Source of the DNA: Octopus vulgaris | Lineage: Eukaryota | Assembly (NCBI GenBank): GCA_951406725.2 | Contig: OX597815.1 | Span: 48,112,001-48,176,000, forward strand | Length of the DNA stretch: 64,000 bases | Reading direction: 5' to 3' | Part shown: positions 40,524 to 51,975 of the stretch, in pieces | Layout of the letters: every line of letters starts with the position of its first letter | Numbering within the stretch: the first letter of the stretch is position 1 | Notes under the pieces: generated by a model | What the model was told of the DNA's origin: nothing | The model's database searches: none | What the model saw: the letters and a program-made list of their open reading frames with translations, nothing else | Translations under genes and position numbers: made by a program

Positions 40524-41159
40524 GTATGAGTGTATATATATTTGTGTGTCTGTGTCCCCCCAACATCACTTAACAACCGATGCTGGTGTGTTTATGTCCC
40601 CGTAACTTAGTAGTTCGGCAAAAGAGACCGATAGAATAAGTACCATCAATAGAATAATTAATGCCATCAAAATTTTATAGAAAGAGTTTAAAGTAGTCGG
40701 AGCTTCTTTTAGTTTCATTTCTCCAGATAGTCCCCTGCAGTATCAGTCCTCTGCAATAACACCAAAATGATGTTCCAGATACTTTATATCCAAATATGGA
40801 TGAGAACACTGTGTGTTACGGAAGTGAATAGGCAAGAACTGGTTCAATGGTTCTGGGTTGTCCCACTGCATGGTACCTTGGGCAAGAGTCTTCAATTATA
40901 GTCTTAGGCCAACCAAAGGCTTGTGAGTGGATTTGGTAGATGGAAATTGAAAGTTTGTCATATGTGTGTGTGTGTGTATAAATTAAGAAAGGGAATCAAA
41001 TCATTCATACTTCTAACATATGTTTCAAAAAAGGCATTGATATTATTCTGGAGAGAATAAAAATGATGTAAAAGAATGCAATCATCTCATCAGGGAAAAA
41101 AAGAGAAACAAAACACATCAATAATGTATATATGTATATTTATACATATATATATATAT

Positions 41160-41660
41160 ATCAAAATAAGCAACAGGATATCAAGTAGTAATGCAGCATA
41201 ACAATTTTCAAGTGACTTTATTTAATTGAACAATGTAATTATTACATCAATTTAAATACAGTTTGCACAAAATATATACGGAACTTCAACATTCATATAA
41301 TTTTTCTTAAATATTTTAACAGAGCAAGAAGAGGGAAGAAATTCATGTTGTTGCTATTGTAGCTTATACTAATGTATCCTACCTGTTGAAGTTCCATATA
41401 TTTTTTGTACAGCTGAAGAAAGCACTGTATTTATGCTAGCAGTCCAACCCATGCTAGCAGTCTAACCCATGCTAGCATTGGTACAACCCATGCTAGCAGT
41501 CCAACCCATGCTAGCAGTCCAACCCATGCTAGTAGTCCAACCCATGCTAGAATGGAAAACGGACGTTAAACGATGATGATGATTGCATTGTTCAATTAAA
41601 TAGAGCTGCTTGAAACAGTCATCCTGCATTACTACTTGGTATCCTGTTGCTTATTTTGAT
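41160..41660. mobile_element. Short fold-back element (inverted arms), probably a Penelope-like terminal relic, interrupted by a retroposon tail
   Basis: 41160-41240 is the reverse complement of 41581-41660, and 41252-41291 of 41383-41432; right arm contains CTGAAGA AAGC...GCTT GAAA. Confidence 0.65.
41433..41583 (+). repeat. 18-bp tandem repeat (~6-7 copies) running into an RTE-type 3' tail
   Basis: (atgctagcagtccaaccc)n followed by aatggaaaacggacgttaaacgatgatgatgat. Confidence 0.9.
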
Positions 41661-42079
41661 TTTATTCACCTTACTTCAAACTGCACGGATAATACAGGAC
41701 TGACTTGGTGCTTCAACTTAAGTACCTAATTCAACTGAATCTTAATTATTTCTTTTATATATATATATATATATAGGTGTGTGTGTTTGTGCCTTAGGAT
41801 TCTGCCCCTCCACTGCTTAACAACTAATGGTGTTGTGTTTATGTCCAGTAGTTCAGCAAAAGAGACCAACAGAATAAGCTTACAAAAAAAAAATACAAAA
41901 AAAATACAAAGAACAATAATAATAATAATAAGTAGAAGTATCAATTCATTTGACTAAAAGTTTCTTCAAGACGGTGCCCTAGCATGGCTACAGTCTAATG
42001 ACTGAAACAAGTAAAAGATACTGAAGATTAGGTTAAAAGATCAAAGAATTACCAACAAAGTTTCATAGAAAATGTTTAA

Positions 42080-42297
42080 CCCTCTTCGGACACCCAGACT
42101 GATTGAGGGGCCCAAGTGATACAAGCTGAAAGGACTTTGAGGCTGATCCATCAGACTGATGGAACAAATATTGTGAATGGTCAGATTTGAAGTGTAATAG
42201 CTAATCAGAGATCATCTTTGATTTGATGTGTCTCAATAGAAAAAGAATTTTGGTCTTTTTGATTACACATACCGAAACACCATGTGTCTCAAAAGGG
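42080..42297. mobile_element. piggyBac-type MITE, third family
   Basis: TTAA on both sides; TIR ccctcttcggacac / gtgtctcaaaaggg; the empty site is visible in the paralogous copy near 40690. Confidence 0.75.
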
Positions 42298-45200
42298 TTA
42301 ACGTTGTAGTCCCAGCTTCTATTAGCTTTATTTCTCCAGATAGTTCCCTGCAACAATTCCTCTACAATATCCCCCAAATGGTGTTTCTGGGACTTTCTAT
42401 CCAAATATGTCTGAGAGCTTTGTGTGTTACAGAGGTGAATAGGTAAGGACTGACTCAATGGCAGTGCCAAAAGTCAGAAATGGCATGGAAGGAAAGCTAA
42501 ATTTCTATTAGCAAAATAATTTTAGATATGCTCTCTTCCCTCTCACCTGCTCGGCTTACCCCCACCACCCTCCACCAGCTAGTAGTTGAGGTGATTAATT
42601 TCATAGACAATCTCTGATAAGCCCCTTTTTAAGGGCAAAATAAACATAGGATTAGAACAGGAAAGAGAAGGAAGGAAATACAGAGAAACTGAGGTGTGTA
42701 TGTGTGTGTAAATGTAAAAGCAGGAAAAAGATTAGGTGTGCATATGAGACAGAGAAAAACTGTGTGTGTGTGAGAGAGAGAGAGAGACAAGGGTGGGAGA
42801 ATGGAAATGTAGAAATGCAAGTCAAAACTGAATGGGAATAATACTGTCAAAGCAGGGAGGAAGTGGCAGTGGGGGTGTGTGGACAAAAAGAGAATGAAAG
42901 TGAGAAGCAATGGAAAAACAATTAAGACACACACACACAAAAATAAAAGAACAATAACAAAACAAAATTCACATAGCTCCTCAACCAACAAACACCCCAC
43001 CACCCGGTACTATTATTATTAGAAAAAGATCATCATCATTATAAAGAAATTATCATTATTAATATTATTATTATTATTGTTATTATTATATTATTAGTAT
43101 TATTATTACGCAGTTATTCCTTGCTTTATCAGGACATTGTGATATGAGCAGAGCTTAGAATGTTCCAAATATTCATTTGGCCAACATGATACATTGGTCT
43201 ATTATTTGTAGTAGTGTCAGGGGCAACAGTGCTGGATGATTCATCCATCAATACCTTTATTGGTCATGTCCACCACCAAAAGTGGTTTCACAACCCCTCC
43301 CCCACACATTCTTCTCTCCTCTCTCTCTCTTGCTCTTATTCCACTCTGTTCTTTCTTTCTTTCTTTCAACCGCCCACACCAATCAATGAAGCAGGAAGCT
43401 CTCAGTAGCGCATTGTGCTGTGTGGACTTTCTGCATAGCCAACTCTTACTCCTCTCTTCACAGTTCTTTCTTTCTCCCCACCACCTTTCTCTCGCTCTCT
43501 CATTTTCTCTGAGTTCTTTCTTTCGGATGTTTGTCATCAGAATTCAGTTACACATAGACATAGGTGCACACACGTGCGTTCACATACATACACAGATTAT
43601 ATCTTGTTTCTTTATTATGATCGGTATCCTGCAGTTATTAGTGGTACATGAAGAGTTACCGATAGTCAGGACAGAACTTGTAGGTATCCCGATTGTAATG
43701 ATCTCACAGCACTCAAATGATGAGCCATAACCAACTAAATGATTAACTAACTTACTAATCCATTGTCTTCCAATAAATTACCAAGAATGCTCATTATGCA
43801 TAGTAACACAACAACAAAGTGATAAAATGTCTGTTCTGCACAATATTATCAAAAAGCCTCTATGTGGTCTTTTGGCCTGCTAGAAATACTAGCTACATTT
43901 CCCTTAAACCATATCCTATCATTTAAAATTTTTTAAAAATGATAAAATTGCACCATGATCATGTGGTTAAGAAGCTTGTTTTGCAACCAATTGGTTTCAG
44001 GTTCAATCCCAGTGTGGCCCATTTGGCAAGTGTTTTCTTGCTATAGCTTCAGGCCAACTAATGCCTTGTGAGTGCATTTGGTGGAGGGAAACTGTGTGGA
44101 AGCCTGTCTCACACACATGTATGTATGCATGTATATTAATGTGCATAATGGGTAATGTGGAGCGCTCAACCACTTGCACATTAATTTCATGAGTAAGCAG
44201 TTCTGTTGAATGGATTGATTGGAACACTTGTCATCATAGTACCAGCTATGTCCTGATTCATCATTGATCATCGTTTTAACATCCACCTTTCTGACTGCAG
44301 TTTGTTGAGATGGATTCTTTACAGCTGGATGCCCATCACATCACCAAGCCTCGCCTGTTTTCAATTAGCATATTCTCTCATGTCTTCGTGAAAAACTGGA
44401 AATGAAGGACACAGCCTGTAAAATAGTGGCCCTCATTTACATCTATCATATGAAAGCAAGGCGACAATAACACACACACACACACAAACGTAGCATTAGG
44501 AATGATGTCCAGCTGTAAAAACCAAGCCAAAACAGACTATGAAACCTGACGCAGCCTCTGGTCTTACCAGTTCCTGTCAAGCCATCCAACCCATGACAGC
44601 ATGGAAAAACAAATGTTAAACAATGATGATGATAGTATGTGTGTATATATATGCGTGCACACACACACACACAAGGGTGAGTTAGAAAGTAATGCAGTTT
44701 TTATTTGCATTACTTTTGACTCACCTTTGTATATATATATATTCATATATCCACTCACAAGGCTTTGGACAGTACAGAACTTTAGTAGAAGACACTTGCT
44801 GAAAGTGTCATGAGGTGGGACTGAGAAAAACAAAAATTCTTAATACACAACATTTTGTCTGGCACTACACCTGTGTCAAAAATAAAAATAATAATTATAA
44901 TAAAATAATTTTTAAAATAACTGGAACCAAAGTAATGGGAATTTTTTGGAATTACTACAACTAAAATTTGCTGTTCAATCTCAGACCTTTCTTGATTGAG
45001 TAGATTTATGATCAAAGGATTTCCAGCTGTGACCACTTCACCTTTATGTATGTCAAAGTCTGAAATATTGTTCTTTATATATAAGACAGTAAGGAATATA
45101 TTTTGAAGAAGATCTGCCCCATCTTTTGTTTTTTAGCAGACTGAGCAACTGCACAGAAGCTCCCTAATTAGCTGGTTGTTTCCTAAACTTTAATATCAGT

Positions 45201-45584
45201 TCTTGGGAAGAATCTTATTTTAGTTTTAAAGTTTGAAATTATTCATTTACCCTTTAACATTTGGATTATTCTGTCAAATGCCAAGTTTATTTATCCACAT
45301 TATTTTGAATTAAGCATGAATTGCCTTGTAGCTTCAAGATTTCGATGACGTGATTGTTTATTTTCGCAATGACATAGCAGAGTAGGTGTGAGAGGTCAGC
45401 TCTAGCTGGTTTCAACATTAAATATGTAGAATATTCTGGCCTGGTGTGGCCGGTTTAAATGCTAAAGGGTTGAAACAGGACATTTGTGCATTCAAAAGCA
45501 AATATTTGAACATCAAATTTTAATCTCTGTTCATACTTGTTTGTAAATAGCTACAGCACACAATCTATTATTGCTATTGTTGCT

Positions 45585-45790
45585 TATCTCCTGGTCAGCA
45601 TTGGTCAAGTAGACCTGTGAATAAAAACAATCCAGCCATGATCAACCCATCTTTTTTTCATATGCTGTGTAACTAAGGTTACAATATCTGAGATGCATCT
45701 TTTATGACAGAGGGATGTGATTTGTGAAAATTTGGCTGCTATTTCAAGCAGCTCAAAGAACCACAGAGAGGCTTCTTTGTTTGCTTGATG
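45585..45790 (+). repeat. Old interspersed repeat family (class unknown)
   Basis: agacct.tgatcaaagg..ttccagc.tgacc...tttggctgctatttc.agca motifs also at ~10230-10740, 18230-18375, 23150-23300, 44960-45180, 47630-47870. Confidence 0.6.
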
Positions 45791-46716
45791 TAACTCTTTG
45801 AAAAAATTTTAAATACATATCTGCTTTACTCATTAATTAAAAAAAAAAATCTAAGAAAACTAAAATTTAAATTCAATTACAAAATTGTGCTACTCGAATC
45901 ATTTATCAAAATTATATTTTACTTAAAAGAAATGGGCCTTAACCATTTTTGGGGTTTATAGAACATCAAAGTAATGACATATAGTACCCAAACACCATTC
46001 CTTGAATGTAAAATTTTATCTGCTCACAAACAAACTACAAACTTCACCAGTCTGCTAGTGAGATCCAAGAAGAATTTTTCTGCTCTAATTAATCAGATTT
46101 ATAAATTTCCGCTTTTGAATTCAATTTTACAGTCAAGAATCAAGAATTAATTTTTTCCAGATTTTGAATGAAACTATTTCATAGGTTTCCATAAATTATC
46201 TCTCGGCCAAGCCAAAGTTGAGAATCATTGCTAAAAAAACACTTTAACATTTAAACCAGTCACATCCAGCCCAAATATTCTACCTGTTTCATGTTCAAAC
46301 TGGCCAGATCTAGCCTCTCGCACCAACCCTACAATGTCATTCTAAAGAGAAACAACCACATCATCAAAATCTCTAAGCTGTGAGATAATGCATGATTTAT
46401 TCAAAACAACTTGAATAAATAGGCATTACAGTTTGATGGAGGAATCTAAAGGCTAAAGGGTTACACCAAAGATGCAGCAGTGATTAAGAACTAGATGTTG
46501 CATAATCGTAAGAGAGACAGTATTCTTCACTTACTAAAGAATATAATCACAACAGGCTTATTCCAGTCAGGCCATTTTATCTCATCACCACCACATCAAA
46601 CCGGCTGCCACCTCCTTCCTTTCTTCCTCTTTCTCCTCCTCCACTAAATAATGAAATTTGTAAAAAGAACATTCCGACCTATGGCTCATTTTCAAATCTA
46701 TCACCATATACACTCT

Positions 46717-46756
46717 TCAGTTAACTTTAGAAAACTTGTGTAACTGATTATATAAT
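46717..46756 (-). CDS. Candidate short terminal exon (LYNQLHKFSKVN* in phase 2)
   Basis: Pyrimidine tract and gccag acceptor; in frame with the 47102-47136 candidate. Confidence 0.25.
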
Positions 46757-47101
46757 CTGGCAGTGTTGGTAGCACATATGGAGAAAAAAGAAAAACGATA
46801 AAGATGAAGAAAAAAAATATAGTGCAAAAACCTACAGGAAAGAGGGAAAAAAAATTACTGAATTTTGGGTTAATAAAAGATATGTGTAAAGACATACAGG
46901 CAGACAGACAGAGACAACCAACCAAGGGCAACCAGGCTGACAGACATACAGACACACAACGACAACATCTGGAAGCACTCAATCTTTATAGAGGATCTCA
47001 GATTTCTTGTCATTAGTCACCAACAAAGCTAAAGTTGTCTTATTTTAGACGCCACATTCTCATTTCGATATACTCTGAAAATCCCACTCAGCTCAGCTTA
47101 C

Positions 47102-47136
47102 CGAAGCACATCAGACAGATATTTCAAAACTATATC
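47102..47136 (-). CDS. Candidate 35-nt exon (DIVLKYLSDVL-R)
   Basis: Long upstream pyrimidine tract, TAG acceptor, CG/gtaagc donor, open frame. Confidence 0.3.
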
Positions 47137-47879
47137 CTATCCTCAAATGAGAAAGAAATAAAAGGGTAGGTAAGGAGAAAGAAAAAAAACAAAAACAAAA
47201 AAAACAACAACAGAAAAATACAAGTTTATTCCCCATCAGCATACAAAAAAAGAAAAAGAAAAAAAACCCCAAACAAACAAACAAACACACAAATAGAAAA
47301 ATCTGAGAGGTTTCATGGGTACTTCAACACAAATCATCGTCAGAAAAGTAAGAAAATTTATCAACTAATAACACCTGGTCCCTTTTCTCCATTTTCTTTG
47401 AGCTTCTCAGTTCCTTTACCATCCTCTTTTAACAGTATTTGATGATGTCAAGGACTGTTTCTATTTTCTCTCATACACATGGCACTTCTCATGAAAGAAA
47501 GTGATATGAAATGATAATTTTTTTCTCTTTTTTTTTTGCTTTGTCCTTTTTGGTAATATTATTATAAATGACTGATACACCTTGAGACTCTCCTTAGAAC
47601 AAGAAGAAAGGAAGAAAATTCCAGCTGTTGATGCACTTGTTTTGGCCCATGCCAGTCCTAAATGGGTAAATTTATGATCAAAAGACATTCTATTTGTGAC
47701 CATTCCTTCTTTTCTTTTCAGGTATAGTCAAGATAAGATTACAAATATCCAATGTGCTTTTTTTCTATGATTGAAAAATACTCCAGCTGTGGCTTCCTTT
47801 TTCGCTATAGTAATGCTAGGACTACAATATCCATTGTGTTTTACTCTAATTAAGATGGTAAGGTGGTATCATTAACCCT

Positions 47880-48280
47880 TTCCTTGTTTCAGTCATTGAA
47901 CTGAGGCCATACTGGGGCACAGCTTTGAAGGGTTTTAGTTGAACAAGTTGAACTCAGTGTTTAGGTTCTTTAAGTCTAGTACTCATTCTATTAGTCTGTT
48001 TTTGCCAAGCTGCTAAGTTACAAGGATATAAATAAGCCAACGCTAGTCAAATGGTAGAGGTGGATGACATACAGACACAAAAACACACATGGGTACACAC
48101 ACACACACACACACACACATGGATTAAGGGCTTCCACTGTTTCTATATACCAAATTCAGTCACAAGGCATTGGTCAACCTGTAACTATAGTAGAAGATAC
48201 TTGCTCAAGGTGCCACAGTGGAACTGAACTTGAAACCATGTGATTGCAAAGTGAGAATCTTAACCACACAGCTTTACCTG
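47880..48280 (-). mobile_element. SINE family A (diverged)
   Basis: Reverse-complement match to family A. Confidence 0.8.
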
Positions 48281-49320
48281 CTAGAAGTGAAATTCAGCTA
48301 ACATTTTCAGTAAATTGAAAAACCATGTAGAGGATCACTTGTTGGCTGAAGGAAAAAGTTGTATACTGACAAAGCTAAGATAGGAATGTTATGAACTGTT
48401 CTAACTACAAGAGAGACTAATATAAACAAGAAACTAATATAAGTATAAATATACAGAAAACTTTGCCTGGGGCTCTAAACTACAGTAGCATTGCCCCATA
48501 TGGGTCAGCTACATTTAGGTGGCAAATATACTTCATGATGTCATGCTGCTACTGTTTACATCTCACTCAGAGATTTATTATTGATTGTTTCGCCTTTCTT
48601 GAGATCAGAAACGATTTGTCACTGGAAAAAGCATATAGTATTTTGCATTCTAAATCACTTCTCATCCCTAGCTGGTGATTGTCACATGCTGATGATGGGT
48701 TACTACTCAGAAAGCCGGGTTCATGTGTATCACGTCAGGCTAGAGATGAGAATGATTTCCTTTCACAGATACTGATCTGGCACAGACAGTGTGTTGTTAG
48801 CCAGTTGGAGGAGATGTCTTCCTGGGGATAAAAACTACAGTAGCATCATTCCATATGGGTCATCCACATTTAGGTGGCAAATATACTTCACTTTGTCAAA
48901 AGAGAAATGTGGTAATTATCAGCAATGCCATAGTGATGGATTGAAATGCAACTTTTCAATAACTGTTTTTGTCTACTGGGTGTGTGGGTTTGTAGAGACT
49001 TCAGCCCCATAGCAAATATTATTAGTGAAAATAACAAAGGTTGACTCCTGTAAAAGAGTCATTGAATCAGTTCATCTTCAATGATAAAGCATTGCAGAAA
49101 TGAAATCAATTTGAGATGTTGCTACTTAATGTAAGAAGTACATTTGACCATGGCATTTAAATTGCAAGACTACCTATCTATTAAGGGATTGTGAATTCAA
49201 ACATTCATTTATTTAAAATATTTGCAAAACCTCACTGTGAGTGAAAATAAGAACTTTTTTTTACATTTTTATATTCTTATTTCACTCACCACAAGACTAT
49301 GCAGTATCTAAATATATTTA

Positions 49321-49540
49321 AAGGCAGTGAGCTGGCAGAATTGTTAGCATGGAGGGAAAAGTACTTAATGGTACTTCGTCCATCTTTATGTTCAGAATTC
49401 AAATTCTGCTGAGGTCGACTTTGCCTTTCATCCTTTCAGGGTCAATAAAATAAAGTACCAGTTGTGCACTGGGGTTGATATTATTGACTTTCTCTCTTAC
49501 CCCAAAATTGCTGGCCTTGTGCCAAAATTTGAAATCAGTA
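49321..49540 (+). mobile_element. tRNA-related SINE family E
   Basis: ggcagtgagctggcagaa head; gaggtcgactttgcctttcatcctttcaggg core as at 63421-63642. Confidence 0.85.
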
Positions 49541-49546
49541 TTTAAA

Positions 49547-49776
49547 TCTGTTAAAATGCTTGGTGTTTGGAAGGGCACTTAAACACAGAAACCATGCCAA
49601 AAATGAGACATTGGAGCAAGATGTGCCCCCAGACTATTGAAACCTATCAAACTAGCCCATGGGTGAGCTAGTTTGATAGGTTTCAATAGTCTGGGGGCAC
49701 ATCTTGCTCCAATGTCTCATTTTTGGCATGGTTTCTGTGTTTAAGTGCCCTTCCAAACACCAAGTATTTTAACAGA
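49547..49776. repeat. Near-perfect palindrome, 110-bp arms, 10-nt spacer
   Basis: 49547-49656 is the reverse complement of 49667-49776 with one mismatch (a G-T wobble on the + strand). Confidence 0.95.
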
Positions 49777-51930
49777 GTGTACAGGGTATATTTCTTCATA
49801 GCACCACCACTACAGAGGTTGCCTTGCCATCAGAGAGACAAAAGAACCCTCTCAAGTCATGCATTGTTACTGCTTGAATCAATAGCCAAGCCCTTACAGC
49901 CTGTGTATGTTTTGTGGCGCCAGCACTTTTGAGGTTATGTTGTAGTTTGGAAAATGAAAGTGGGGCTTCATGATGTATGGAATGGATTTATTGTGAGAGG
50001 ATGGTAATGGAGAGAATAACAGAGGGAACAGTGGTGTGTAGGGAGTAATGGAGTCAGAGGAGAGAAGGGGAAGAGTAATGTCAGGGATTAGTGTGAAGGT
50101 GAGGTGGAACAAAGTGATAATGGTAAAAGGGAAGATAAGCTGGTGGACCGAGTGATGGAGTGGTTCAGTCCATTCACCATACCAGTATGGGTTAGCTGGT
50201 TTGTTAGGGCCCAAGACTGTTCTTATTGAAGTTAAACAGGTTTGTTGCTGAGAGATGATGGTAGAGGAGAGACAATGTTAGAGAAAGGTTGGAGTAACAG
50301 AGAGAAAGCAGAAGTAATGTTAGGTAGTTAGTGATAGAATAATGAATGTTGAGTAAGAGATGTAGAACTTCCCCACATTATACATGGGTGGGTAAAGTGG
50401 AGCAGAAAGGAAAGAGGAGTTGGAAGGAAGGAATAGGAGGGAAATAGTATCAAGGGATTTGTGATAGAGAGTTAGAAAAATACAGACAGTAGGGAGAGAA
50501 AGAGGAGGAGAAGTGAGTAGCCGTAGTATTTCTTCATGTTATATATATATATGGGTGGGTAGAGTGGTGTATGGTGGAGAAATAACATGATTATGAGAAG
50601 CCAGGCACATGCTCGACTTAACATGTCAAAGCAAAGAGAGTCGGGTGACAGAAGAATCAAAGAGGAATGGTAAAAGTTGTCAGGGTGCAATCCTTCTCCA
50701 CTCAAGCATTAGGATTTCAGAAGACAGATATTTAGCAGGATATAGGTGATGGAGGTATGAGAGAGAAATATATTCAATATGCATGCAGTCAAGTACTTTC
50801 CTCTCAATTTGGGGTGACATGGCATTGTAAATAGAAGAGATAAGGTAGTACAGAACAGATACAGCAGTTTGGAGACTAGATGGAAGAGGTGAGGGTATAA
50901 AATGGGCAATAGGCAAGAGGGTGCATGACCATAATAACAGGTAAGGGATGAAGAAATGAGTGCATGTACTAGGCTTGTGTAAGAGGTTGGGGCTTCTGCA
51001 GCACCACATATTGCTGGTTGACACAGTTTTCTGTCATTTCTCTTATCAGCTATAACATCTCAAGATCCCTTTTTACTACCTTCATTCTCAATCTTCTTTA
51101 GTCTCTCGTTCTTATACAGTTACATTCTACTTTTATAGCTCAGAACATGCTTATATAGCTGTCATTCTCCATTTACATTATATGCCCATATCTGTGCAGT
51201 CTCCTCTCTGGCGCACTACATCTGATTTCTCTTATACCCAATTTATATTCTAGTTCCTTTATCACCACCACCACCATTGCTTCTACCAACACCCCTTGCC
51301 ATTGCCACTGCTGGTACCACCACTACCACCACCACCACTTATTTGCTTCAGTGACTCTGAGAGCTTTGCCAGCAGAACACAAACTCTTGGCAGGGCCTTC
51401 CATGCTGGACATATCAAAGAACAAAGGACAAACTAATTTAAACCACCTCTGTCCATAAGTTAAAAAAAGGGGAACTGCATATGGTCAGCACCCCCACCTC
51501 CCAAGCAAAAAAAAGCAAAGTTATAGGGGCATTGATGACAATTCAAAACCAATGAGATCTGTGAGAGGAAGGTCTTCCATTAGGGAGACACATGATGTAG
51601 TGCAGCAAAATAAAAGCAGGGATTCTACAGAAGAGCAGAATAGAGTCAGAGTCAAGAACAGTGAAGAAAGATTACTGATGGCCTATTCTCCATAGGGAGC
51701 AAAGGGCTTAAGTCAAAAAAGTAATAATTCAGAAGTGCTTTATTTCCTTTTAAAATGGTAAGGATTAATTTGAAGGAGATTTAGTTGTTATTTCAAGCAG
51801 GCTTAGCAACCACATAGAGGGTCTCCCCTTTTGTCCTTGCAATTTAAACAAACCTCTTCTCTCATTCACATACACACACACAAATACAGAATTAAATCAA
51901 ATAAGCATAACCCCAAAATGTGTGCATGCG

Positions 51931-51975
<45 letters not shown>

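Noticed and set aside
47102-47136. Complexin assignment from DIVLKYL resembling DTVLKYL
   Set aside because: Match is too short and no other complexin-like sequence is present
49900-51050. Purine-rich block with ~100-aa minus-strand ORFs
   Set aside because: Probably a very decayed LINE, but no diagnostic motif could be read, so it is not called
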